A DNA stretch of 64,000 bases, from NCBI GenBank assembly GCA_041906785.1, contig JAYRIM010000023.1:129985-193984 (forward strand), read 5' to 3'. Below the pieces are notes generated by a model. That model made no database searches, had not been told where the DNA came from, and saw only the letters and a list, made by a program, of their open reading frames with translations. Position numbers and translations under genes: made by a program. This DNA comes from Candidatus Levyibacteriota bacterium (GTDB taxonomy: Bacteria; Patescibacteriota; Microgenomatia; Levybacterales; UBA12049). This document shows positions 37,549-46,893 of the stretch, one piece after another. The first letter of the stretch is position 1, and the number at the start of each line of letters is the position of its first letter.

Positions 37549-38202
37549 CTATTTTTTAACTACGTAAAAGTGTTCTGTTTTCGGTAGCTTTTCAAGCTTA
37601 CGAATAACACGGTCGGCATCATGTTTTTGGGATATATGCTCTCGCATACAAGCAAGTTTTTTCTCCCACACACAAGATACATCATATGTTTCATCAATCT
37701 CGCCCTCTGTATATCCTGCAGGGAAATAAATAAAATAGGGTTCCTCCAAAGCTCTGCTTTCTGCTGTAAGACAATAATACATAATTTTCTTTAAGAACGG
37801 TAACTGCTCGAAAACGTATGAACAAATCATTGAAACTGCAATATGATCAAGATGCCCAGAGATACCTCTATGTTCAAAAGTTACTAGTGTCTGAGGCTTA
37901 ATCTTTATCAATATCTGACTAATCTTTTCTGCAATATCATGATAAAGATTATTTGATAATGTCCCGTCTTTATAGCCTAAGAAAAGTACATCTTTTACAC
38001 CAAGCTGTCGAGCTGAACTCATTAATTCCTTTTTCCTTATCTCAGAAAGGAGATGCTTTTCTTCAGGACTACATTTACCTGCGCTTCCATCAGTTACACA
38101 AATAAGATACACATCGTGTTTCTCTGCCAATAACGCTATAGTCCCACTCGGACCAAATGCTTCATCATCAGGATGTGCAAAAATACATACTATCGGTTTC
38201 AT
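37549..38202 (-). CDS. PIG-L/LmbE family N-acetylglucosaminyl deacetylase
   Basis: N-terminus IFAHPDDEAFGPSGTIA (the AHPDDE motif). Confidence 0.75.
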   Translation of the reverse strand: MKPIVCIFAHPDDEAFGPSGTIALLAEKHDVYLICVTDGSAGKCSPEEKHLLSEIRKKELMSSARQLGVKDVLFLGYKDGTLSNNLYHDIAEKISQILIKIKPQTLVTFEHRGISGHLDHIAVSMICSYVFEQLPFLKKIMYYCLTAESRALEEPYFIYFPAGYTEGEIDETYDVSCVWEKKLACMREHISQKHDADRVIRKLEKLPKTEHFYVVKK

Positions 38203-38222
38203 GAAGCGTATTATACAATAGA

Positions 38223-38474
38223 TTAGCCTGCTTTTCCTGTTTGACCTTGTCCCTCTGTCAAAGCTAGTAAGCTTCCCATCTCTTTTAGAAAACGTTTAGC
38301 ATGATTTCTGCTCATACCTATTCTAGAGACAATTCGAAGCTGATTCGATGGACCTATTTTCTGACAAACATCCAATACTACTCCATCTTCGCTTGTTGTC
38401 ATAAATATATTATCTGTATAGAGAATAGGTGTAGTATCAACATTTATATTCACCTGTACTTCCTTTTTATCCAT
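38223..38474 (-). CDS. hypothetical small protein
   Basis: 83-aa ORF with no confident domain. Confidence 0.4.
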   Translation of the reverse strand: MDKKEVQVNINVDTTPILYTDNIFMTTSEDGVVLDVCQKIGPSNQLRIVSRIGMSRNHAKRFLKEMGSLLALTEGQGQTGKAG

Positions 38475-38494
38475 AGTTCACCTCCTTCGTTTAT

Positions 38495-39514
38495 CTAAAC
38501 TTTTAATCCAGCATTTTTTAGTATCTCATCGTCTGTTAGAGGGGGTATGTTTGTATGAAAATCTTGATTCATTTTTTTAAGTAGAAAATTTGCAAAAAGC
38601 CCATTTAATACTGTACCTGGATGAATCGTATCGCTCAAAAAAGCTCGCTTTGGATCATCTCCAGGAATATATAACGATATATTTTCAGATCCCACTTTTA
38701 TACTTCCTAACAATGCTTCAGATAGTAACTTTTTATAGAATACATTCACATCTACAAGGGCAATATTTCTTTGTGAGGCAATTTTTAGTATGTACTCGTT
38801 TGTCTCTTTTATTGCTTTTGAGACACGTTCTCTTCCCTCATCATTCCTATTTGCCAGCTGGATAACAGGACTCAAATTCCAATCAGGAATAGTCATTAAC
38901 ATAATTTTTAGATCTTTTTGCTTTGTTTTTTTTATGTCGTCAAGAATCGTTTCGATATTTTTAACAACGTTCTTTATTTTCTCTTCTACTGCAGAATCAG
39001 ATAATGTCTCGTTATAGATAGGTAGATATCCATCTGTAGTATTAAAAGGAGAGAAATCATTACCTCCAATATAAACAATTACTACATTCACTTTTCCTTC
39101 TGAGATATATTGTGCTAGCCCAGTATGTTGATTATTATTAATCGCATCTTTTGTTGTCGATCCACTTCGAGACCAATTAAATTGAAACCCAGTCCTTCTA
39201 ACATCTCCCCATTGATTCCAAACGCCGAAGTTCAATTTTCTGCTTTTTACAAGCTGCTCGACCCAATTTAATGTCGTAGGAGCATATTCATATCCACGAG
39301 CATCATCTGCTTGGTATTCATCAGATAAGCTATCACCAATCACACCAATGCCTTTAATAATAAAGACTTCTGGTTTTGCTCCTGGAAGAAAACGTGCTAT
39401 ATATCTGTCAAATACTTCAGGACGAAAAGTAGCTAGCAATAAGCCAGCAACAATAATGAGCCCGAAAATAAAAAAGAGAAATTGCCTATTTGACATAGTG
39501 AAGGTAGTATACAA
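38495..39514 (-). CDS. SGNH/GDSL hydrolase with a signal anchor
   Basis: GDSL block GVIGDSLSDEY and an SGNH-like ...GGNDF block. Confidence 0.7.
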   Translation of the reverse strand: MYTTFTMSNRQFLFFIFGLIIVAGLLLATFRPEVFDRYIARFLPGAKPEVFIIKGIGVIGDSLSDEYQADDARGYEYAPTTLNWVEQLVKSRKLNFGVWNQWGDVRRTGFQFNWSRSGSTTKDAINNNQHTGLAQYISEGKVNVVIVYIGGNDFSPFNTTDGYLPIYNETLSDSAVEEKIKNVVKNIETILDDIKKTKQKDLKIMLMTIPDWNLSPVIQLANRNDEGRERVSKAIKETNEYILKIASQRNIALVDVNVFYKKLLSEALLGSIKVGSENISLYIPGDDPKRAFLSDTIHPGTVLNGLFANFLLKKMNQDFHTNIPPLTDDEILKNAGLKV

Positions 39515-39555
39515 TCTTATAATGACACCAACAACCCAAAGTTAATAAATTATTT

Positions 39556-40140
39556 CTAACCTTTTTGAAGTTTTTCCTCTGTTTCTTGCTGAACCATTTT
39601 TCTTAACTTTTTTATTACCGGATTAAATTCGCATTTATCAAGTGCGTAAATAAGGTTAAATGCTTTTTCTTTTTCATTCCACGTTGATAAACTTGCATCA
39701 TTATGCTGTATAAGGGTTTCTATTTTCTCAATAGCTTGAGCAAATTTCGATTCTAGGGTCTTCTTTTTTTCAAATTCCTCCCATATTTCTGTAAGTTCTT
39801 TTCTTTTATGCATCGGTAAATCCCTTAATAGTTTCTTTAAAGCTTCTTTTTCCAATTCATATTTATTTTCTAATACTCCATCAAATGCGTGATGATCTCC
39901 TGCATAAATTTCAGCTAAATCATGAATAGTCAGCATTTTCAAAACTTTTCCTATATCAATCTTTTCACCTATTTCCGAGTAAAGAACTAATGCCATCAAG
40001 CTTGAACGCCACGTATGTTCTGCTACACTTTCTTGTCTTCCATTAGAGAGCCAGGAGTGTCTTAAAAGCTTTTTGAGCGGCTCAACTTCATGAAAGAAAG
40101 ATAAGTATTTTTTGAGTGATTTTCGCGAAGTTTTTTTCAT
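39556..40140 (-). CDS. HD-domain phosphohydrolase (YfbR-like)
   Basis: H...HD motif (ESVAEHTWRSSLMAL ... TIHDLAEIYAGD). Confidence 0.7.
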   Translation of the reverse strand: MKKTSRKSLKKYLSFFHEVEPLKKLLRHSWLSNGRQESVAEHTWRSSLMALVLYSEIGEKIDIGKVLKMLTIHDLAEIYAGDHHAFDGVLENKYELEKEALKKLLRDLPMHKRKELTEIWEEFEKKKTLESKFAQAIEKIETLIQHNDASLSTWNEKEKAFNLIYALDKCEFNPVIKKLRKMVQQETEEKLQKG

Positions 40141-40194
40141 GTATGTACTGGCTAGTATAAAATAATTTCTTCTAAATGAAAAACGAAGAAAAGT

Positions 40195-42324
40195 TTACGC
40201 TGCGATGCGGCCGGTGAAGGTTGACTTTGCTAACATTGCTTGGACAATGTTATTTGGAACTTCCTCATAATGAGATGGTTCCATGTAGTAAGAAGCACGG
40301 CCTTGGGACATAGATCGAAGCTGAGTAGCATATCCCGATAGTTCAGCAAGAGGAACCATCCCAAGAATAATTGTCGCATTTCCATGTTCTTCTGTACCCA
40401 TTATCTGTGCGCGTTTTGCTGAAAGATCTCCGATGACATCTCCCATAAACTCTGAAGGAGTTGTAACTTCTACCTTCATAATAGGTTCGAGAAGAGCCAT
40501 TTGCGCCTTTTTCGCTGCTGCTTGCATTGCTTGCGATGCAGCTATCTTAAATGCCTGTTCGGATGAATCAACATCATGATACGAACCATCATAACACGTT
40601 ACTTTAATATCAACTAACGGATAGCCGAGCATAACACCATTATCAAGCATTTCTGTAACTCCTTTTTGTACTGCCTTTACAAATTCTGCCGGAATAGCTC
40701 CACCTTTAATAGCATCGACAAACTCGAAACCTTCTCCGCGAGGTTTTGGTTCAACACGAAGGAAACAATGACCATATTGTCCACGACCTCCAGATTGGCG
40801 AATATATTTACCTTCTGCTTCTGCAGATGTAGCAAATGTTTCTTTATACGCAACCTGAGGTGCGCCCACATTTGCTAAAACATTAAATTCTCTTTTCATT
40901 CTGTCTACCATAATTTCTAGTTGTAATTCTCCGATACCTGAAATTATTGTCTGCCCTGTTTCATGATTTGTCTTAACTCTAAATGTTGGGTCTTCTTCCA
41001 TAAGGCGCTTTAATGCCAAACCGAGTTTTTCCTGATCTGATTTCGTCTGAGGTTCGATTGCTAAAGAAATGACAGGATCTGGGAAGGAAATCTGTTCAAG
41101 AATGATCGGTTTTGCTTCATCACAAAGCGTATCTCCTGTAATGGTATCTTTCAAACCAACAATCGCCACAATTTCTCCTGCATATGCTTCTTTTATTTCT
41201 TCACGTTCATTAGCATGCATTAAAAGTAATCTACCTACACGTTCACGTATATTTTTTGAGCTGTTATATATATATGAACCTGATTGGATAACACCTGAAT
41301 ACACACGGAAGTATGTCAGTTTACCAACATGTGGATCGTTTTGGATTTTAAATGCCAAACCTGCATAAGCTTCTTCAGGAATAAGTTTACGAACTTCTTC
41401 TGCTCCTGTATGTGGATTTTTGCCTTTAACCTCACTTAAATCGACTGGGGAAGGAAGATAGTCAATTACTGCATCGAGAAGTGGCTGTACTCCTTTATTT
41501 CGAAGACTTGTTCCAGCATAGATTGGTACGAGTTTATAGGCGATAACTGCAGCACGTAAAGCTTTTTTCAATTCTTCAACACTTGGTTCCTCGCCAGCAA
41601 GATATTTTTCGAGAAGTGTATCATCTGTCTCTGAAATTTTTTCAATTAACTTATTTCGATATTCCTCTACCTGAGCTTTCATTTCTTCTGGAATATCATC
41701 CGTAACATCAAATTTTGCACCTAATTCCTCAGATCTCCAAATAATAACTTTTCGTGTTAAAAGATCGACATTTCCAACGTATGAACTCTCTGCACCGATA
41801 GGAAGGACCATGATTGCTGGATTTGCACCAAGACGTTTTTCAATACTTCCTACTGTCTGAAGAAAATTCGCGCCAAGTTTATCCATTTTATTTACGAAAC
41901 AAATACGAGGAACTTTATATTTATCAGCTTGTCGCCAGACGGTTTCTGACTGGGATTGGACTCCTTCTTCTGCATCAAGAACAGTGATACCTCCATCGAG
42001 TACACGAAGCGAGCGCTCGACTTCTGCAGTAAAGTCTACGTGACCAGGAGTATCGATGATATTAATACGATGATCCTTCCAAAATGTGGTAGTGGCTGCA
42101 GAAACAATAGTGATACCACGCTCTCTCTCCTGTTCCATCCAGTCCATTTGGGTATTCCCTTCGTCAATATCTCCGATTTTGTAGGTTCGGCCAGTATAAA
42201 ACAAGATACGCTCTGTTGTCGTGGTTTTTCCTGCATCAATATGCGCGATAATTCCGATATTTCGGATTTTATCGAGAGGATACATTCGTGTTTTTCCAAT
42301 ATCTGCCATAATTAAAAAACTCAA
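40195..42324 (-). CDS. fusA: elongation factor G
   Basis: 709 aa; [17 protein letters not shown] and NKMD motifs plus domains III-V. Confidence 0.95.
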   Translation of the reverse strand: MSFLIMADIGKTRMYPLDKIRNIGIIAHIDAGKTTTTERILFYTGRTYKIGDIDEGNTQMDWMEQERERGITIVSAATTTFWKDHRINIIDTPGHVDFTAEVERSLRVLDGGITVLDAEEGVQSQSETVWRQADKYKVPRICFVNKMDKLGANFLQTVGSIEKRLGANPAIMVLPIGAESSYVGNVDLLTRKVIIWRSEELGAKFDVTDDIPEEMKAQVEEYRNKLIEKISETDDTLLEKYLAGEEPSVEELKKALRAAVIAYKLVPIYAGTSLRNKGVQPLLDAVIDYLPSPVDLSEVKGKNPHTGAEEVRKLIPEEAYAGLAFKIQNDPHVGKLTYFRVYSGVIQSGSYIYNSSKNIRERVGRLLLMHANEREEIKEAYAGEIVAIVGLKDTITGDTLCDEAKPIILEQISFPDPVISLAIEPQTKSDQEKLGLALKRLMEEDPTFRVKTNHETGQTIISGIGELQLEIMVDRMKREFNVLANVGAPQVAYKETFATSAEAEGKYIRQSGGRGQYGHCFLRVEPKPRGEGFEFVDAIKGGAIPAEFVKAVQKGVTEMLDNGVMLGYPLVDIKVTCYDGSYHDVDSSEQAFKIAASQAMQAAAKKAQMALLEPIMKVEVTTPSEFMGDVIGDLSAKRAQIMGTEEHGNATIILGMVPLAELSGYATQLRSMSQGRASYYMEPSHYEEVPNNIVQAMLAKSTFTGRIAA

Positions 42325-42539
42325 AGCTTAAAACTCAAATGTCAAATCTACAACTAAAAATTATTATCTTTGAGATTTAAGATGTAGTTTTGAGATTTGC
42401 GCTTTGAGATTTGAGATGTTTTAGAGTATACCATAAATTGGTAAAGAAAAAAAGATCTCTCTAAACCTATTTCAGCTTTGACAAACACTCGAAAAACACA
42501 TAGACTGGAATTAGTCCGCCAGTCGGCGGATTATCTGCT

Positions 42540-43085
42540 ATGGCAAGCGAACACCTGTCCATTAATTTGCTTGATGACAAAGAAAAAAAAATCTCTGACA
42601 CAGTACTTGACTGGGCAATCTACATTGGTCGATTACTCGTTATCCTTACGGAAGCTATCGCTCTTTATGTCTTCGCTAGCCGGTTCACATTAGATAGAAA
42701 ATTGGTTGACCTTCATGATGAAATCAAAAAAAATCAGGCCTTTGTAGGATATATGCAGGGTCGTGAAGAAACCTATAGACGAATTCATGAAAAACTGAAA
42801 CTAAATAAAACAGCGGATGATAAGAATGCAAGAACTGTCGCTTTATTTGAAGAAATAATGCATGAAACGAATAAAGATATCTCTATCATGAATTTCTCTT
42901 TATCCCCATCTAGCATGGCTGTGACACTTCAAGTACGATCATTGCAACCACTTTCAGAATTTACTAATAAATTAAAGCAGCATCCTGACATACTCTCGGT
43001 AAACGTCGAGAAAATAGAAAATAAAACATCAAGTGCAGTAATAGTTGTATCTTATACAGCAAAATTACGACAAGATAAAGAATAA
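42540..43085 (+). CDS. PilN-like type IV pilus assembly protein
   Basis: N-terminal INLL motif (HLSINLLDDKEKK), then a single TM helix and a periplasmic domain. Confidence 0.5.
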   Translation: MASEHLSINLLDDKEKKISDTVLDWAIYIGRLLVILTEAIALYVFASRFTLDRKLVDLHDEIKKNQAFVGYMQGREETYRRIHEKLKLNKTADDKNARTVALFEEIMHETNKDISIMNFSLSPSSMAVTLQVRSLQPLSEFTNKLKQHPDILSVNVEKIENKTSSAVIVVSYTAKLRQDKE

Positions 43086-43087
43086 TT

Positions 43088-43705
43088 ATGGCACTATTTC
43101 GAAAAACATTTATTAAAGATTTTACAAAAGAACGGTACATGGCACTTGTCCGTGCATACCCGAGAATAAAGGAAGAAAAAACACAGCGATATATCATGCT
43201 TATCCTTACATTTCTTTCATTATCATTTTTAGGAATTTTTGCAATTAGCCCGACATTAAATACGATAGCTGAGTTAAATAAAAAACTTGAAGATAGCGAA
43301 TTTGTTAATAACGCTTTGAAATCTAAACTTAATAACTTATCTTCTCTAAACAGCCAATATGAATCAATGGCATCAGGATTATCTGCCGTACATGCTGTCG
43401 TTCCCGATACACCCCACGTACCAAAATTACTTGCCCAAGTACAGTCTGTCGCAAAAGATACTGGTGTAGCGATTACAAATTTGCAGTCTTATCAGGTAGA
43501 TTTAACAAAGCAAAAAAACACTCTTCAACCTGTAGGGACACAATTTATCTTTACTCTTACAGCAGAAGGATCGCTGGACAGTCTTTTACAATTTACGAAG
43601 CTTTTATCTACGATGGATCGAGCTGTAACCATAGAATCCTTAAATTTTACCAATGAGCAAAAACAACGCCTAACAATCCGAGGAAGTGCATATTACTTAC
43701 CATGA
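43088..43705 (+). CDS. PilO-like pilus assembly protein
   Basis: 205 aa with a TM helix and coiled coil (LNKKLEDSEFVNNALKSKLNNLSSL); it directly follows the PilN-like gene. Confidence 0.45.
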   Translation: MALFRKTFIKDFTKERYMALVRAYPRIKEEKTQRYIMLILTFLSLSFLGIFAISPTLNTIAELNKKLEDSEFVNNALKSKLNNLSSLNSQYESMASGLSAVHAVVPDTPHVPKLLAQVQSVAKDTGVAITNLQSYQVDLTKQKNTLQPVGTQFIFTLTAEGSLDSLLQFTKLLSTMDRAVTIESLNFTNEQKQRLTIRGSAYYLP

Positions 43706-44058
43706 AAAAAAGAAAATACACAATACAAAAAGACGTTACGTTACTATCTTTTTCACTCTTCGTTATCGTTACGTTATGGATTGGATTAACAGTGTATGGC
43801 ATTTATGTAACCAGTACAGTCAGTGATACGTTACAATTGCAAATTTCACCTATCAAAGGCTCATTTGATAAAGAAAGCATCTCTATCATAGAAAACCGCA
43901 TCCCAGTTATTCCTGAATATTCAGCAAGCGATTCAGCTAGTACTGTAACCTTTGATGCGTTACCCACACCGTTTATTTCTAATGAGCAATTATTACCAAC
44001 TCAAACACCAAATACAATATTACAGCCAACTAGCGAATCAGCAGGAGGTCAACTGTGA
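43702..44058 (+). CDS. small membrane protein (PilP-like position)
   Basis: 118 aa with a single TM helix; operonic overlap with neighbours on both sides. Confidence 0.4.
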   Translation: MKKRKYTIQKDVTLLSFSLFVIVTLWIGLTVYGIYVTSTVSDTLQLQISPIKGSFDKESISIIENRIPVIPEYSASDSASTVTFDALPTPFISNEQLLPTQTPNTILQPTSESAGGQL

Positions 44059-45482
44059 AACGAACACTCTTAAATAAAAAAATACCATCTTATATCGGCT
44101 TTCTGGGTCTGTTACTTCTTATCCCTCTCATTTCATGGTTTGTCGAGAATAATTCATTTGTCCGAATTAAAGCAAATCCGAATTATTCACCTCGCGATAT
44201 TCAAATAAGTAATGTTACTGATTCTTCTTTTACCGTATCATTTATAACTACAGAAGCGACGCCAAGCACGATTTCGTACGGAGAGAAAAACGATTTAAAA
44301 GACATAGCTTTCGATATACGAGATACGACCCAGAGCAAACCTGCAGCACATAAGGCTCATTTCTTTACGGTAAATAATCTCCGTACGAATACTGAGTATT
44401 CATTTACTATTTTAGCCGGAAATATGGTATTTAAAAAAGACGGTCAACCCTATACAGTAACTACTGGATCAGTACTAACGACGATACCAAAAGAATCGAA
44501 AAAGATTACTGGGCATGTTATTTTACCTGATGGTACATATCCTACAGAAACTATCGTATATGTAATTTCAAACACATCACAACAATTAGCGAAATTAACT
44601 GAACTAGATGGTTCATTTTCTATTGAGCGATCTCTTTTACGAACAAGTACTTTTGATGGATATGCTGATCTTCCTGAATCTGAAGAACTACAGCTTCGTG
44701 TAGTGAATAGTGACCATGAAACATCAGTAAATGTTCTCGTAAAAAATGCAGGAGTTGTCCCTACGATTACGTTATCAAAAAATTATGATTTTACCTATGA
44801 TACAGCACCCGATGAAGGACATAATACTACTGATACTGCGAATCTTTTTCCTGAATATTCAACAAATAAAATTCTCAGTAAAACTCCCCAGATACTTATT
44901 CCCACAGAAAATCAGGCATTTGATGATCTACAACCAGAATTTAGTGGGACTGCGCTTCCTTCAAAAACTATAGATATAAGTTTTGATACTTCACCTATAA
45001 AATCTACGGTAAGAGCAAACGCAACAGGGAGTTGGTATTACCGTCCGAAACTTCCTATGGAACCTGGAAATCATACAATTATTGTCAGTACTAAAGATGA
45101 TTCAGGCATGTTAGTAACTTCATCACAAACATTTGCAATCCATGCAATAGGTAGCCAGTTTTTTGCACCATCTCCAGCCGTTTCACCAACACTTACCCCA
45201 ACTGTAAAACCATCTATCTCCCCAACCATACAACCGACAGTGACAGTCCAACCAACTGTTCCTACCGGTGGTCCCACCCTATCTCCTGTTCTAACTCCGA
45301 CTATTACACCGAGCCTTCTTCCTAGCCCGACTCCAATAGCTGTAATCACCGTCACGATTCCGCCTACTACTCCATTACCAAGTGTCACACCACCAGGAAG
45401 TGGAACTGTCGCAGTAACTTTCGGATTCGCGTTATTTGCTATTGTTGTTGGCATTATGGTATTTTTTCTTACCCATGTATAA
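44055..45482 (+). CDS. large surface protein with FN3-like/PAP-N, CarboxypepD_reg-like and bacterial Ig-like domains, a Thr/Pro-rich stalk and a C-terminal TM anchor
   Basis: GTG start after an AGGAGG ribosome-binding site. FN3-like segment SNVTDSSFTVSFITTEATPSTISYG...TNTEYSFTI; Ig-like segment PEFSGTALPSKTIDISF...ATGSWYY...GNHTIIV; then a TPTxxPT stalk; the C-terminus GSGTVAVTFGFALFAIVVGIMVFFLTHV. Confidence 0.6.
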   Translation: MKRTLLNKKIPSYIGFLGLLLLIPLISWFVENNSFVRIKANPNYSPRDIQISNVTDSSFTVSFITTEATPSTISYGEKNDLKDIAFDIRDTTQSKPAAHKAHFFTVNNLRTNTEYSFTILAGNMVFKKDGQPYTVTTGSVLTTIPKESKKITGHVILPDGTYPTETIVYVISNTSQQLAKLTELDGSFSIERSLLRTSTFDGYADLPESEELQLRVVNSDHETSVNVLVKNAGVVPTITLSKNYDFTYDTAPDEGHNTTDTANLFPEYSTNKILSKTPQILIPTENQAFDDLQPEFSGTALPSKTIDISFDTSPIKSTVRANATGSWYYRPKLPMEPGNHTIIVSTKDDSGMLVTSSQTFAIHAIGSQFFAPSPAVSPTLTPTVKPSISPTIQPTVTVQPTVPTGGPTLSPVLTPTITPSLLPSPTPIAVITVTIPPTTPLPSVTPPGSGTVAVTFGFALFAIVVGIMVFFLTHV

Positions 45483-45594
45483 TAAATAGTTGCACAGATG
45501 CATAGTCAGGACACCGGACGGTACTTGACATAGTTTCAGAGGTCAATAAATACACTTTTCTCTTATTACTCTGCAACTTTGGATCTTTGTAACT

Positions 45595-46893
45595 TTGAAA
45601 CTTACTACAATGAACATAGGTATTATAGGTGCAGGATTCACAGGTCTTTCTGCAGGATATACACTTACAAAACAAGGCCATATAGTTACTATTTTTGAAA
45701 AAGATCCACAACCAGGCGGATTAGCCATAGGGTATAAAGAAAAAGAGTGGGAATGGTCACTTGAAAAACACTATCACCACTGGTTTACGAATGACAAATT
45801 TATTCTTAATTTAGCAAAGGAAATTAATCATACAGTCTATATTAAAAGACCTCATACAAACTGGTATGTAAATGGTAATATTTATGAGTTCGACTCAATA
45901 CCAGCGGCCTTAAGATTTCCTCCTCTGCCTTTTATTGATAGGATAAGAAATTTAGCAACACTTGGATTACTTCGTTTTAATCCTTTCTGGCAACCACTTG
46001 AAAAATATAATGCACACAAAGTACTTCCATTTTTCATGGGGGGAAAAGCATATAAAATGCTGTGGGAACCATTGTTTATAAATAAATTTGGTAGCTATGC
46101 TACTGATGTCTCACTAGCTTGGTTTTGGGCCAGAATTGCTAAGCGAACACAATCTCTTGCTTATCCAGAAGGAGGTTTTTTAGCCTTTGCCAATCATCTC
46201 GTAACAGGTATAGAAAAAAATGGTGGAAGGGTACAGTTCAATACCGAACTAATTGAATTACTTCAAAATAAAAAGACTACAGTAAAAATAAAAAACATAT
46301 CAGGGAATATAGCTACTGTTTCATTTGATAAAGTGATTGTAACCTTGCCTTCTTTTCTGTTTCTTAAAACAACTCCCCAACTTCCTGATGCATATAAGAA
46401 TTCTCTTGCGAAATTAAAAGGTTTGGGTGCGACAAATCTTATCCTTCGATTAAAACAACCTTTTTTTGCAGATAATACATACTGGTTAAGTGTCGCTGAT
46501 ACTACTTCACCGGTAATGGCAATTGTCGAGCATACAAATTTTATGGATAAAACATTTTATAATAATGAACACTTGCTCTATCTCGGCAACTATGTTCCTC
46601 AAGACCACTCGTATTTCTCTATGACTGAGCAACAAATGCTTGATCATTTCGACAAATTCTTAAAAAGAATAAATCCAACCTATAAAAAAACAATTATAGG
46701 TATGAAATTGTTTAAGGCTCCTTTTGCTCAACCTGTTATTCCTGAGAACTATTCAAAAATGCTTCCTCCAATGAAAACACCGTTATCTCAAGTATTCCTT
46801 GCAAATATAGAACAGGTATACCCATGGGATAGAGGAACAAATTATGCCGTAGAACTAGGACAAAAAGTTGCTCATCTTATTACTAAAACCTGA
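45595..46893 (+). CDS. FAD-dependent oxidoreductase (amine oxidase/HemY/CrtI-like Rossmann)
   Basis: N-terminal dinucleotide-binding motif IGIIGAGFTGLSAGYTL...IFEKDPQPGG. Confidence 0.65.
   Translation: MKLTTMNIGIIGAGFTGLSAGYTLTKQGHIVTIFEKDPQPGGLAIGYKEKEWEWSLEKHYHHWFTNDKFILNLAKEINHTVYIKRPHTNWYVNGNIYEFDSIPAALRFPPLPFIDRIRNLATLGLLRFNPFWQPLEKYNAHKVLPFFMGGKAYKMLWEPLFINKFGSYATDVSLAWFWARIAKRTQSLAYPEGGFLAFANHLVTGIEKNGGRVQFNTELIELLQNKKTTVKIKNISGNIATVSFDKVIVTLPSFLFLKTTPQLPDAYKNSLAKLKGLGATNLILRLKQPFFADNTYWLSVADTTSPVMAIVEHTNFMDKTFYNNEHLLYLGNYVPQDHSYFSMTEQQMLDHFDKFLKRINPTYKKTIIGMKLFKAPFAQPVIPENYSKMLPPMKTPLSQVFLANIEQVYPWDRGTNYAVELGQKVAHLITKT

Noticed and set aside
45420-45482. C-terminus of the large surface protein as a PGF-CTERM/archaeosortase or LPxTG sortase signal.
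   Set aside because: A PGSG...FGF segment precedes a hydrophobic helix, but there is no LPxTG, no canonical PGF tripeptide directly before the helix, and no basic tail. It was recorded only as an unusual C-terminal anchor.
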